Assembly: GCF_009914755.1 (NCBI RefSeq) | Contig: NC_060926.1 | Source of the DNA: the human T2T-CHM13v2.0 reference genome, Homo sapiens | Length of the DNA stretch: 64,000 nt | Strand: one strand, 5' to 3' | Shown here: positions 26,691 through 40,868 of the stretch, one piece after another | Layout of the letters: every line of letters begins with the position of its first letter | Numbering within the stretch: the first letter of the stretch is position 1 | Notes under the pieces: generated by a model | Told to the model about the DNA's origin: nothing | What the model saw: only the letters and a program-made list of their open reading frames with translations | Databases searched by the model: none | Position numbers and translations under genes: made by a program

Positions 26691-29600
26691 ATACAAGCGA
26701 TATTCAAAGCATGTTGCCCTTTTTTCGCAGGTAATAACAATTGTATGATGTACCACCACCCTTCTCCCAAGAAGGGAATCAAGGGAAGACAGTAACTCAA
26801 GTTAGAGCATTTGGAATTAGAATGCAACCAGTCCCTGTAGTCTGCATTTTAACTAGCAGGGATTTTAGGTATGAGGCATCTGCAACCTAGAGAGGGCTCA
26901 AGACATCATTGCAATTTAGATATACAAGTCGTATATTTTGGGAGCAGGATTACTCCTTTACTGTAGCCATACTTGGTATTGTGAACAGAGAAGGAGACGT
27001 TTTTAGATTGAGAATGGTGAGGAATGCATTGGAATTATCCAATTACAAGATGACTGACTGCCATCATTTTCTTGTATACGGCTGAATCTGCCATCGATCC
27101 TTGACTAACTCTCCATGACCCAGGAAGGAGGAAGAGAGGAAAAGAAAGAAGAGGCATTGACCTGAATTAGCTAAATAACACTTGCAGAGTTCACTTTTCC
27201 TCCCCTCTAGGGTGTGCCAAGGTCTCCTGGCAGTCTGTGTCTTTTTTTTTTTTTTTTAAAGTTAGATATTTGCTCTTCTACCAGAAAGCCTTTCTATTGA
27301 CAAAGTAACAGAAGAGTAAATTTTAACTTGAAGTTTTTCCACCAGACAGATGTCTTTTCTTGTGAGAACTGGCATATTTTTATCCTCAGAATAATCTATG
27401 GTTTCATATGCCTAATTAAATTTTAGAAGTCCCCTGCTTAAATAAAGATTTATTAGCTGTTAAAGTTGTAGCATAACTCTTCTGCCACCTACACGCTATC
27501 CTTGAACATATTTACAAGCAGACTAGCTTATCCACTATAAAAAATATGAGTGATTTAATACTCTGATGTTATTGGTGTCAATTACAAAATTCAGCTTCAC
27601 AATAGAGCTTTCTGAAGATACTGTTACTTGACTTTCAGACTGTCAATTTACTTGAAGAAAGAGCGTCTGTGAATTTCAGCTATGAAGTATTGGAACTAGT
27701 TAAGCTGATGAAGGCAGTCAGCAGGTCTGGAACCCTGAAAATAGGGCCCAAGAAAGGTTACAAGCTGTGCCATGTACAAATATGGTCCCATCACTAAAAA
27801 AGCCTTCTCTTTATGGGTGAATGCATGGGCACTGACATTCATGTGAGTGTTTAGTGAGACACACAAACTCACAGACGTATCAAGGGTCATTGTCTGAAAA
27901 ATACTTCCGCCCACCAACAGTTTTGACATCTTCCATTATTCCTAGGAATTTTAGCTGTAAGTTTGCCAATCTTAAATTTTGTCAACATATCTAAAATATT
28001 CAGAATTAAATGCAATTTGGCAAAATTAGCAAACTTCCAAAGTCCTATTTCATGAGGACACGTCTAAGTATGGATTGCATTGTGCCTACATCTCAGTGGA
28101 GTTACTTGATCTAATCAGACTTTCAGAATCAATGCAGTCAACACAATGAAAGTCCCCATTGACCCCAAGGTTGAAGCATCACTTGCAGAAATAATCAGAA
28201 CATCCTGGTCTGAGAATAGAGACTGGGTAGAAACAAGGTGTATGTTTAGCTCTTTAATAAAGGGATATTTGAAAGATGTAATGTCTATTTTCTAATTCTC
28301 AGGAAAGAAGAAACACTTTTAAGCTCTGTTTCTTAAATCCTCAAGCTCAGTTGCCTTCCAGGCAAGAACCAAAATACATAGATTACATTCAGCATAAGTT
28401 GAAGGTCAATAGATTGGCGTTCTACTCTAGAAAACAAAAAGAGACAGAAAGGTGACAGAATTTGAGCATTATAATTAAAATGGCCTTTCTGGATCTTGCA
28501 GTACTATAATCCAAAGACTGGACACAGGTACTTCTAAATAATTTTCATAAAAATATCCCCCCATGTATTCCCCACCATCAGAAAAGTATTCCAATCTTTG
28601 ACTAGCAATTTTATGTAAAATGCTTTTGGGTTTTATGTATAAATTTTAAGTATAACTTTGTTACTTCACTGTCAGGTTTAATGCATACAATTTCTTGTAC
28701 ATTTTGAGTTTACATAAAATTACAGGTTTTGCCTCATTGTGTTTACTTAACTTCAAACACACACAAAAACAAACATGTTTTGTATGTCTGTGTTATCTAG
28801 TTGGGGACATGAGCCCTTTTTCCCTCAGGATTTCAATTCTCATACTATTTTCATCTTTACTAACTCATTTGTGGGCCAATTTCACAGCATAATCTATGGG
28901 CAAACACACATTTGCTCTAAAATAATTAAAACTTTTCAGAAGGAGTAAACCTGTTTTTCTTTAATTTTCCTTGTCTTTCATGGCCACCTGATGCTCCATG
29001 CAACATACAAGTGTCAGCAATTGCAAGGATATAATGGCCAGGTGAGGTCATCTCAGACCTCATCAACCTGCTGGAAAATTATGAACTGTCCCTGTTGAGA
29101 TTTTAGCAAGTTTCTTCCTTCAAATATCACTTCAGATGCTAAATAAAAAGCAACATTTATGAAATAAACACATTTACTCAGGCAGGTTTCCTTGATTTTT
29201 ATTGCCAACTTGTTTTAAAATTACCATAAATGCCAGAGAGAAAGGGAAAAGAAAACCCAGTTTGAGACACAAAATGCATGTTACTACCTATCAAGATGTG
29301 AATTGTTAATGTTGCATCTCATTTAAAGGGAAAAAAAAGTACTATATAAATATGTGTGTAAGCACATGATTTTCCAAGTGGTTTAATCACTTTATTGAGG
29401 TATCTTTTGACTCATAACAAAAAAAAAAAAACTATTAAAAAATCCTACTAAGAAGTAAACTATTTAGATAGTCTTCAAGACATAAACATGTAGATGTTTG
29501 ATTCTGGAAATAGAATTACCACATAGAGTTTAATTTATAATTTTAAAATTGCCATGTATAATAAATTGTCACATTTTATTTGGAATCACTTGACTGACTT

Positions 29601-30172
29601 AATTTGCTTGATTAATAATAGAAAGAGACAATAGGAAAATAATATAGTTTTTTATAATATTCAGGATTAAATCATCTATGTTCAATAGCTGAATATTATA
29701 TTCTGTGTTTCTTTAAAATATAGAGTGCTGATTCCATGAAATTATTTAGTGTGAGCTATTAAAATGTTAGTTCATTTAGAATGTGCACTTTGTTCTTGCT
29801 ATACTCTTACAAGCATTACCTGGAGTTTTCTTAATAGACTATTCTGATAAAATTAAGTCAAAATATGAATAAAAATGTTTTTTGTAAGCCATATCCCCAC
29901 CTAGAAGTGAGAGAAATCTAGTTTTCCATTAATGGCACATCCCTCACCCACCCTGTCTCTACTCCCTTTCACCCCATACACAATTTTGGGAAGTGTCCTG
30001 TGGATGTCTGACATATACTCTTGGTTAAAATATGACACCTAGCATTTTCCTCTGTGTTAGAAAGGGTTCTCTGTGCAACAGAAATAGAACCAATAAGAGA
30101 TATATAATATATATAATATAAAATTATACATATATACCTATATATACATATAGTTAGATTACAGATAGAGAT

Positions 30173-30509
30173 TGTGGGCCTCTTCCTTAGTTCAGCTGAA
30201 GATGGGGTCCTTGTCATATAGCCATGAAAATTTAGGCTCCCAGATGATTTGTAGAGTGGGAAAAATGAGTATTGTGCAAAAAGGAAAAAAGGGGGAAACA
30301 GAGACTCTTAGCAAAGCGAGAGTGTTTCCTGCCCATGGACTTCCTGCCTCTCATCTTGAATCGCAGGTACCACCCAGGAGGAGGAGGAGCCAAGCTCCTC
30401 CCCACTGCAAAGGGTGCGAACTTCTGTGGCTCCACCCTGGTGCACACTCCTCCCAGTGCATAGGCAGGTTGGAATTTTTCCAGCGAGTCCTTCCCACCTG
30501 GCTGTCTTA
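30173..30509 (-). mobile_element. MER61A-like ERV1 solo LTR nested in the MLT2
   Basis: Reverse complement begins agacagccaggtgggaagg; the other end is tccttagttcagctgaagatggggtcc, as in MER61. Confidence 0.8.
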
Positions 30510-30551
30510 GATAGATAGATAGATAGGTTATAGATAGACAGATAGACAGAT

Positions 30552-30594
<43 letters not shown>

Positions 30595-30660
30595 GTACAT
30601 ACATACATACATACATACATACATACATACATAGATACATAGATAGATACATAGATAGAG
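30508..30660. repeat. Compound tetranucleotide STR (TAGA)n/(TACA)n
   Basis: About 10 uninterrupted TAGA, then TAGG and about 9 TACA, with interrupted flanks. Confidence 0.95.
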
Positions 30661-32258
30661 ACAATTATGGGAATTAGCTCACACAATTACAGAGGCTAAG
30701 AAGCCCCACAATCTGCTGTCTGCAAGCTGGAGACTCAGGAAACTCAGTGGTATAATTCAGTCTGAGTCCAAAGAACTCAGAACCAGGGGAGCCACTGGTG
30801 TAAGTTGCAGAGTCTGAAGGCTGCAGAACGAGTAGCTTGATGCCCAAAGGTAGGAGATGGATGTTCCAACTCAAAAAGAGACAGAATTCACCCTTCCTCT
30901 GCCTTTTTTGCTCTATTTGGCCCCCAGTGAATTGGGTGATGCCTGCTCACATGTGGGAGAGGATTGTCCTTATTCATTACTGATTCAAACACTAATCTCT
31001 TCCAGAAGCACCTTCTCAGACACACCCAAAAATAATGTCCTACCAGCCCTCTGGGAATCCCTTAGCCTAATCAAGTTGACATATAACATTAACTATCATA
31101 TCCTCCCTTCCTGCTTTAGTTGTCTCTGAAAATGTCTCCTCATCTGCCTTTGAGTGGTATGGAATCACTGCTGAGCCTCCACTATTGGTGCCATCAAAGA
31201 CCTCAGTGATGCCAAGGTAATGACACTGATGCCCTCCAAGAGCATCCTATCTTTGCTGCTGCCTGTGATACCAATGTTGTGTGTGGTCCTCCCCAGTTTC
31301 TTGTTTCACTGAGCTGCAGATTAGTCTGTTCACTGCTTGCGCCCTGGAATTGAACACTTGAATGTGCTTTAACCTTGTTGTATCTTCTACCCCTCTTGTT
31401 ACACTCTCTTACATAATTATATTTCCATAGATTTACCACAAAAAAGAGATCCTTCTGACTTTATTTTTGTTTTACTATAATTTACTGACAAGCCCTTCTT
31501 CCTAGAACTCAAGTTCAAGTCTATGCAGGCTGGACTGGAGGCTATCTTTTCTCTCCCAAGCCTGATGCCATTTGATAGCTCAGCTGTGCTTTGGTGATCT
31601 TTATTCTTATGATGAAGTTTTTCCTAAGAGATGTCTTCATTCCTCATGCATAGACTCCTCTAAGTGCATTTACAAGTCTTGCAAATTTGCACACAAAAAT
31701 TTCCATCTCCAATAAAAATACATAAAGTCAAGATAAGACCTCCCTTTGACATGTGTATTTTAAATAATTATCTGGATGTTTTTCTTTTAAAAATTAAATA
31801 TATTATCAGTATTGAGTCATCTGTAGGATTTACTGAACTTCATGAAAGACCTTGCACCCCACAATACCCTAGTCTTTTCTATTATTCAGTGTTAAGGGAT
31901 GGAAAGAATGCCTATGTAGTAGCTTACACTTTCTTCAGCTTTAAGATGCCTGTTTTGGGATTTTTTGTTTTTGTTTTTACATTTTAACATTTATAAAATC
32001 AAGACATTTCTTACAAACAATGTATACATTTAATGCTTGGGGTTTTAGTTTTTGTATCCTTGAAAACAACTGAAAGTATGTCTTACAAATGATAATATCA
32101 TTGAATCAAGAAAATATAATAATCAGCTTTCTACTATTTCTCAGTTCTTTTCACTTGGAAACTATATTTGGCCTGAGATGTATCCAAACACACATGTATT
32201 AACAAGCAACAATACACTGATTTAATTGAATAATTAAGGAAGTGACCTCTTGATACAA

Positions 32259-33239
32259 TGATAGAGGCAGGGGGCAGAGAAATTCTAGGCAGAAAAGGGT
32301 AGGTCCCCGACAAAACCCCACCTTCGAGCCAAAAACCCTAAAACTGTGGCCCAAAGTGAGAACTTCTATCCCTGTTTTCCCACTTGAATGTTGCCTTTTC
32401 CTAAACTACCCATGGCCCACCCCATCCCCCATCCTGTGCCTGTAAAGACCTCAGACTCAGCCAGCAGAGAGAAGCAGCAGCTGGACATCAGGACTATGGC
32501 TGGATGTCAGAGAGAAGTGGCTTGATTTCAGAGGGAGAGCATGATGGCATAACTTTGGAGAAAAATCTGGTCAGAGACAGCCAGACTTCAGGGGAAGATT
32601 ACCTACCCACTCCATTCCCTTTTCAGCTCCCCTTCCTGCTGAGAGCTACTTTCATCAGCAATAAAATCCCCTGCATTTACCATTCTTCAATTCGTTTGGT
32701 GCAACCTCCTATTTCCTGGATGCTGGACAAGAGCTTGGGAGCCATGAGTGTGGATAGAAAAGGCTGTCACACTGGCTTTTTGCTTTTGCTGGTGGAAGGC
32801 AGCCACCTCATGTGAAAAGGCAGAGGGCCTACTGAACTGTTAACACTTAAGCTGTCCACAGACCAGACAGCAGAGCTAAAAGAGCACAGTAATATGCCCT
32901 CTGGGGCTTTGGGGGTTGCAGGCACCCCTCACCTAGATGCTGCCATAGGGCCTGCAGAGACTTTGCTCCTGCCAGTGCCCAAAAGCACTCGTTCCAGCTC
33001 CTGCACCCACTCACCTGTGGGCTCCCTCCCAGAAGGGATGGAACACAACAGATACACGTGAGTGCAGTTTGATCCTGCTGGCACCAAAGCAGCTAGCTGG
33101 TTCCAGTGCTCATGCACTCCAGTTCCTGCCTCATTCACTCACACACTCCCTCCTGCGAGGAGTTGAGAGTGGTGGGCTGAGTAAACAAGACACCTGTGTC
33201 ATGAGTCCCCCAAAGGGGTCAGGGAAATATCCTGCTTCA
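32259..33239 (+). mobile_element. ERV1 solo LTR of the LTR1/LTR27/LTR28 group (~980 bp)
   Basis: tgatagaggcagggggcagagaaattctaggcag...aataaa (32620)...ggggtcagggaaatatcctgcttca; TG...CA ends. Confidence 0.8.
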
Positions 33240-34610
33240 CTTTGACCTAGATACAAATAACATGACTGAGGAAACCTAATTAATTTAGTATAAGATGTTT
33301 AAACTGCTGAAGATTGCCTGCCAGAGGATTTGAGATGTGTAAGTACAACAGAATTGTTCATATTCTTGATGTATATGATGGGTATTATTATTTTCATGTG
33401 AGTCTACATAGATATACATTATCTTTATAATAAGTAAACAAGTATTTTGCATGGATCAGTTTGACTGTCAGATAGGATGGTTTTTAGAGAGTGGTGCTAG
33501 GGTGTCAACATCATGTGTGTGATTCTTACACAGACCAATAATCTTTGTCCTGCTACATGGCTATGGACCGAACCTTGATATCAGTCTCCTGTCTTCAAAA
33601 TTTGCCCTATTGTTTTTAATGGACTTCTAATAAAAGAGTGTAAATAAATTAACATAAGTCAGTTCACACTATAGAGAAATAAAAGAGTCTCCAAGAACAT
33701 TCCATAATCAGACTCTTCTTGACTTGGCACTAAGGATAATAAGTTGGCTCTTCTGCTTCAAACTTGAGTTATGTGGTCAGAACATTCTCTCAATTCTTCA
33801 TCAGGCTTGGAATCTTTGCCATCTACCCACTAAGTCATAGATCACCTCTGATCAGCATTAGTCCCCTCTCCTGACCCAGAGGCCATGATGATAAAGTATG
33901 TGGACTGAACTGTATCGATGGTGCTTCTGATCTGTTGCCTATTGAACACGTGTTCCAAAGGGTACAGAGGATGCAATGAGAATGTATATCCTGAAGATGT
34001 ATAATGTGGTGCTGGGATACTGAACTCATACTGTTCCAGATATATCAAAACTCTGCTAGTCTTACCACATCTGATTTAAACTCTTTCATCTTTATTTTTC
34101 CTAGCTTAACAAAAACCTCTGCAAATTTCCAAGTCTCATTCTAACTTGTAGTAAAGCTCCAAAGAGCATCCATTTTTCCTCTTTCAACTTTTATTACATT
34201 GGGTCACCTTGGCCTTTGAAGAGTCTGTGTGATTAAGTGTACCCTGAAATCACTGCCTCAAAACCACCTGAGATCAAAATACGGATGCCTATTCCCCACC
34301 ACAAGCCCACTCAATCAGAATATCCAGAGGCAAGGTGCAGCCCAAAAGCACCCCTTGTTTAGGAACTACTGATTTGGTGAGACTACCAGCAGTACACCTT
34401 ATAGCAGTTGAGTATCGCAGCAATTTAATCATGCACCTAATGGGAGTAGGAGGTGTGCAAACTGCCCTTCATGAGTAACCTGGAGACACTCACAAGAACC
34501 AACTTCACCATCACTATCATTCTCTATCTCTGACTGAAAATGACATTTACTTCTTCATAGAGGCAAACAGGTATTCTACCACTAACAGGTCCTCACATTA
34601 AAATTTTGCT

Positions 34611-34694
34611 TGAGGCTGCAGTGAACTATGATCATGCCACTGCTCTTCAGCAAGGGCTTCAGAGTGAGACCCCATCTCTAAAAAGATAAAAAAG
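34611..34694 (+). mobile_element. 5'-truncated AluJ-like right-arm fragment
   Basis: gaggctgcagtgaactatgatcatgccactgc...A tail; perfect 11-bp TSD aaaattttgct (34600-34610 / 34695-34705). Confidence 0.9.
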
Positions 34695-35874
34695 AAAATT
34701 TTGCTAAAAACAAGTAGACACCAAAGACCCATCAGTCAGAAGCCAGCCTACTCTGAAAGAAACCACCACAAAGACCATCTGATGTTTTATTAGCAGCACT
34801 TTGCTCAGCCCCTGGTTAAAAAGCAGTTCTCTGCAGCAACCCAGTTTTAGTTGTCCCCAGGGATCTGGCTTGAAAAGAAGTTTGACATTATATTTTCTAA
34901 GCCAAACGGGCACTTCTAGCTTAGAAGCATCAGACCAGACACCTGCTCAGGAGCATTGTAACTCACTTATTTCTCAATGAACAAGTTATTACCCTTTCCT
35001 TTTTGTCTGAATTGCTGTCCCTAGATGCCATTTCCATGGGTGATCTCTACCTGCACATTGCTCTACTCATGGTATTGATAGGTCCATGTGTCATGCAGCC
35101 TGAGGAGAAACATGGTTTGATATCCTAAGGGGGCAATTTCTCTCCTTGGGGAAGAGCTGGCTTCCATTGCTGTGCCTTGCCTCTCATTAATGTTCCAGCT
35201 AGGTCTCTTTACTGCTCTATTTAACAGCATCCACTCCATTATTGATCATATTTTGTGTAATGGTAGATTTGCTGGTGAAAATGATGATTATGCTGTAAAG
35301 AGAGGGCAGTGTTTGGGATCTCGCTTCTATAAAATTTAGCAGTGCTGTGGAGTCTGCCTCAAATAAGTGAATTGGAGATGCATTCTGGATGAGTGGTAAT
35401 AGGGGTGAAACCAGTTCCTGAGAGTGAGATGATCTAATGCTTCCCTCTACACTGTAAGCCAAGACCACTCCAAAGCTGATGTTTCATGTCTTAGCCCAAA
35501 GGATTTAACACTACAGGCCTTTTGTAATCTCTAAGTGGGTACTCTGTACATTTTAACATGGAACAATGTGACCACATTTTTATATTTTCTATATTTTCAG
35601 TCTAATTTACTGCTTTATTTGATATATGGTAAAGTTAAGAGTTTTTGTTCATTCTTTCATTATTCTTTACACTGAAAATTGCATAGGGTTGTAATCTTTT
35701 AATTCATATCTATTTCTTCTGAAAGCTGACAATTGCTTCAATTATATTCTGTCACCTTTCTGCTATTACCAATACCTTCTTGCCTAGCCTTTTATATTTA
35801 ACTCAATCAGTCATGATAATAAACAAATTAATTTACTTCTTTTTTAAGTCATTGAAGTGAAGATGGGAGGGTCA

Positions 35875-36950
35875 CTGAATCAGTCAGGTTCCAATCAGGA
35901 GACAGAAGCCACATAGCAATGTGAACAAGGAAAGCTTAGTGAAAAAGGATTATTAACTACAAGAGTGGATTGCCATCTTAGGAGTAGGTAATTCTTACCT
36001 ATTTGGGGTAAGATTACAGAAATAGCACAGAGAGGGAGCAGCCACTACCTCTAGGTTTGAGGCAGAGGACCCAGTGAAGCCCTGCCTCCTTCAAGGTCTC
36101 AGTGAGACCCAGTCTCCCTTGGAGAGGACTTGATCATTCATGGCTCACTGAATGGCAGGCCAGTTTCCCATAATAGTGGAACATCTAAAAAGCTGCCCTC
36201 TGCGTTGCTGGGGAAAAGCTGCTAATGGGGAGATACTGATGAAATGTGCTGCCTCTGAACCCTGCTGGTGTCCTGTGAATGCTGCCTACCTTATACTACA
36301 GAAGTAACCAGAAAACACACAGAAACCAGAAAGAACAGCCCTTTCCTCCTCCAGTGTCCCTCCAGTGCCCTCTACTGCAAAAAGGGAACATTGTGCAAGC
36401 TGGCAAGGGAGAAATGTCCCACTATCAAAAGCAGGGCAATGAAGCGTAGATTAGGAAGTGAGAGGCAATAGCCTAATAACTGACATAGTCCACCCCTTTG
36501 GTCACTGAGCTTCTATGTGCACCCATCTGCACGCAAATGAACTTCTTTACAACAACCATGCAAGTCTGTTTCCACCTAACAATGTATAGCTATCCTTCAT
36601 GTAAGGGAAGATGTTCTTATCCTTTCCCCAAATTGAAGAGACATAGAATGCCAACAGTCATTATAACCATCATTAGCCATATTAATTACTCCTCAAATTC
36701 AGTCATAGTCCCACTAAGTATCCCATTACCCAGAGACTAAGGTATATTGACAACTGGCACAACCATTAAGAAAATGGAGCCCAAAGCTACCTCCTCTAAC
36801 CTCTATGGCAAACCTCCCCCTACATGGTATCTCCATGACCACAAATCTTCCTCCTCTCAAGCCTTTGTTCCCCTGCCTAGTCTGAAGTAACATGATCCAG
36901 TTGATGCCCACCTACCTACTGCTGCTTCTGCCACTTCCCATCTTCATCAT
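35875..36950 (-). mobile_element. Ancient ERVL-class LTR (LTR50-like, tentative) plus adjacent internal sequence
   Basis: Polypurine tract aaaggggtggac on the minus strand at ~36488-36499 precedes the LTR; internal-like sequence continues to ~36950. Confidence 0.55.
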
Positions 36951-38614
36951 TGCTGCATTTTACTAGCTGACACCTCTTAGACAAGGCCTTGATACAGTGC
37001 CCTATGCAGTCGCTACCTGCATGCTCATGGTACGGGGTATGAATGACAGTAAAAATTACACAAGTAACAGTTAAACTTAATCATTTCACTCTCCTTCCCC
37101 AAATAGGGAAATTGGACAATTTAAGTTTAATTCATGTCTCTCCCACCTCAGCCAGTTAATAAGAATTGAGTATCCCAAAGTCAATGAGGAAAAAAAAATA
37201 ACTTAAATTTTAAAATATAGTCAATGAGAAGAGGACTAAAGAGAAGCAGGCTAGATCATTCGCCCATGGAAAGTGAAGACTTGCCAATACAATGTGCCTT
37301 TTTAGTGTTTTCCTTCAATTGTTACAAATCTGTGATTTGTTATATTTGACCCAGTGGAAGTCCTGCAAGTCACACTGACCTATTAATAGAAACCCAGACT
37401 CCAAACAACCAAGAAACAGAGCTCAGGCCTGCTTCATTTCTCTACTTGCACCTCAAGAGCAGCAGTGACCTTTGCCTATCATCCGACAACAATGTGGATG
37501 GCATCATATTTCTACCAACATCTCTGTTTGGTGTGTGAAGTTATTTCCAAAAAGCTTCATTCATTTAATCCTCCAGCTGTCTAAAAATCTTTATGGGTGA
37601 CCATTTTTAGCATGCCCTTTACCCTTTGCTCTCTGAACCCATCCAGGTCCTTGCTTAAGGCTCCCAAAGGTCTAAGAGCAGTAGGGGGAGAAAGTGAAAA
37701 CTGGATACCTAATGATATAGAAGTCAGCTGGTAAAGTCCATAAAATTACTTTGGGGATTAGCTGGTAGAAGAGGTGGTGCTGTGTTTGTACTTCTACTTT
37801 CACAACACAAAATAATTAATGAGTAAAAAATACTTTTTGTTTAATAATTGCTGTTCTTCATTAGTGTGAACCAAGGGCACGGTCTATCTAAGACAATAAC
37901 ATCTGCACCCCATATTTCATTATCACCAAACTTCACATTTCACACAAAAGCAATGCTAGCACAGCCTTACAGCTTTAATTAGTTTCTGCCATAGCTGTGA
38001 AGGTCAGCCAATTATTGTGTGTGAAATTTCAATATGAAGTGGCTGAATTGAAGACAGCATTGCAACAGTGTGGGATTCTGCAGTGCTGTAAATCTAGTAC
38101 TTTGGAACCATTTTTTAAAACACAAGATAACATAAAATAATCATCAGGTATGCATGGCTTCAAGGCTTACTGGTTAATTTAACATGTGCTTGGTGGGGGA
38201 AGAAAACCACATCATTTCTGATTGTTGCTTAAATTCCCTCATTACATCGTCATTATCTGTGACACAGTTGTTAAGGCTGAATCCATGTTTTTATGATCAA
38301 CATCTTTTAACTCACTTAGAATTGCACTGGAACATTTGATTTAGAAATAAAGCCTGGTTTTACTGGATTTACATGATGCTTACACACACACATACATATA
38401 GATACATATATACATACACATATATTTTATATAGGTACATAATGTTTAATATGTATGTATTCATATGTATACACATGTTTAAACACTGCATGTTTGACCC
38501 ATCAAAATATAAAGATATTAATTAAGTCAACTTAAGAATATCATTTTACTGAAAAACTTGCTGAATTAGAAAAAAATTTACTAGGGATTCAACTTTATGA
38601 GTTTTCTATTTAGG

Positions 38615-38800
38615 ATCATAGAACTTTGAAATTAGAAATGACCTTGAAGCTCATCTGCTCTAGCCCCTCTGTTTTATGCATGAGGAAATATGCCCAAGAA
38701 TAATACAGGTTTTCCCAAGTCCAAGAGTGTCAGCAACTCAACTCAAATTCTGGACTCCTATTTCTCCTGACTTTCCATGGGCCTGTTTTACCATGGCATA
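38615..38800 (-). mobile_element. MIR3
   Basis: atcatagaactttgaaattagaaatgaccttgaagctcatctgctctagcccctctgtttta...gaggaaa. Confidence 0.65.
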
Positions 38801-39169
38801 ACAATGGAGATAAGATGTGCCACATGATAAATAAAAGCTCCAAATTTTGCTCTCGGATTTTCATGAGATTGGAGGCCAGTTTGCTTTGTTTTGTTTTCTA
38901 CATAGATATACGTAGTTTAATCCTAATTCAAGCAAACAAATATTTTTTGAGCTATCCTTTGTGCAAGGAACCCTGAAAAGCATCCCATGTATCTAGCATG
39001 ATTAAAATGTTTTCACCAAGTTTACAAACCGGCAGCATAGATAAAACAAAGAGGAGGAGTAAAAAGAGACCACAGAGTTAATGGAAACACCTGTCAGATT
39101 GGAGGAGGATAAAGACAGGGTAGAGCTAAGGAGGCATACCAAAAGATAAGTCAGAAGAAAGAAAATGGA

Positions 39170-39320
39170 AGAATATTGAGCAGCATCCCTGGCTTCTACC
39201 CACTAGATGCCAGTAGTGCCCCCTGCTCGAATCATGACATTAAACATTCTCTCTATACATTGACACATGTCCCCAGACAGGGGTAGAGGGGGAGCAAATT
39301 TATTTAAGAACCACTGATCT
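39170..39320 (+). mobile_element. MER20 fragment
   Basis: agcagcatccctggcttctacccactagatgccagtag...aagaaccactg. Confidence 0.85.
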
Positions 39321-39684
39321 AGGGTCTAGATTCCAGACTATAAAGTATTGTGGATCTTGGAAGACTTCTCATTTCCAAAATAGACAATTTACTTCAACTT
39401 CACTGGGATGCGTGAACCTTTGATCCTTCCATGATTTCCCAAGCTACAGGCTGGGAAGGTAATATCACAGACTGCAGAGAGGCTCAGAAGCTAAAGATTG
39501 AACTGAGGTTGCTTGATTTGATGGTTTGGTAACCTATGGAAGGAAGTTAGATTGCAATGGATTAAAGAGTAAGTGAATGTGATTGAGCAGTGAGCAAGTA
39601 CAGTTGCAGGTGTGCACAATTCTTCCAATGAGTTAAAAAGTAAAAGAGCAGAGGTGATGTAGCATCTCCAGGGAATTATAGGGT

Positions 39685-39912
39685 TGAGCACTCTCAACCT
39701 CAGGAACTGTTGATATCTGGAGCAGATAAGTCTTTGTTGGGGTTGGGGAAAAGAAGACCTGTAATTTTAAATGGGATGTTTTGCAGCACCCCTGGTTTCT
39801 ACTCTTAAGATGCCAGTAACACTCCTACCCTCAGTTGTGAAAACCAAAAATGCCTCCAGATGATGCCAAATGTCCACTGGAACGTAAAATCTTTCCTAAT
39901 TGAGAACCACTG
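39685..39912 (+). mobile_element. MER20
   Basis: ctctcaacctca...gcagcacccctggtttctac...cagttgtgaaaaccaaaaatgcctccaga...tgagaaccactg. Confidence 0.85.
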
Positions 39913-40649
39913 GGTTAGGGAAGAGGATTTTTTAGTTTTTTAATTGAAAGTAAAGAAAACTTAAGCAAGTTTTCAGAAACAGAAGAAAAGACAAGGAGAA
40001 TGAGAGAGACTAAAGATGCAAGGGGAAACAAGGACACACGGGGAGGGGACCAAAGCAAGAAAAAGGTAATAATAGGGAAGACCAAGAGTGCTTTGAACAG
40101 GAGAATGGACTTTCCTTCAGAGCAAATAAAGAAATAGAAGGTCTGTAAATGGAAGACAGATGTTAACAGCAGTCAAACCAGGAAGTCTTGATCTTTGAAG
40201 CAAAGTTGTAGATGAGCTTTGTTTGATGATAGGATTTGAGAGTAGGAATTCACTATAAATTTGAGAGGCAAACTTCTGGCCACTGCTTAGCTGGGACTTG
40301 AGAGAATACCTTGGTAGCAGAACCAAGAAGTGTATAAAAGATGCCAAAGTTGTTTCTTACTCAATTAACCTTTACCTGCCTGGCAGCAGGAGCAGAAAAA
40401 TGGACACTTCTGCTGAGACAGAAACAGCAGAAGGACAAGTGGCAAAAGGGAATGGGGGCAGAGTAGGAAATCTGTGAGTGTACATGAGGCACAGACTGAG
40501 TTAAGAGGGAGAAAAGGGATGAATCAAGGGATCATGCATCCCAATGAGATTGAAGCAGATTCTCTGTTTTGGAATTAGAGGCCTCTCTAAGATCCGTAAT
40601 ACTCTGTGGTCTACAAACTAGAATCTAGATCAAATGACTTTGTCACATC

Positions 40650-40868
40650 CCTACTCCTGCCAGGGACATTTGGCAATGTCTGGAAACAATTTTTATTATT
40701 ATGATTGAGGCCAAGACAGGGTGGCAGTGGGAGTGGGACAGGGGTACTACAGGCATCTAGTGGGCAGAAGCCAGGGATGCTGCTGAACATCCTATAATGA
40801 ACGGTGTAACCCTCACAATAAAGAATTATCTGGTGCATGGAGTCAATAGTGTCACTATTGAGAAACCT
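40650..40868 (-). mobile_element. MER20
   Basis: gggacatttggcaatgtctgga...ggcatctagtgggcagaagccagggatgctgct...ttgagaaacc. Confidence 0.88.

Larger units (their letters stand above)
30053..31100 (-). mobile_element. MLT2-family (ERVL) LTR interrupted by MER61 and a microsatellite
   Basis: agggttctc...cagaaatagaaccaataaga...aattagctcacacaattacagaggctaagaag...tcaagttgacatataacattaac. Confidence 0.88.
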
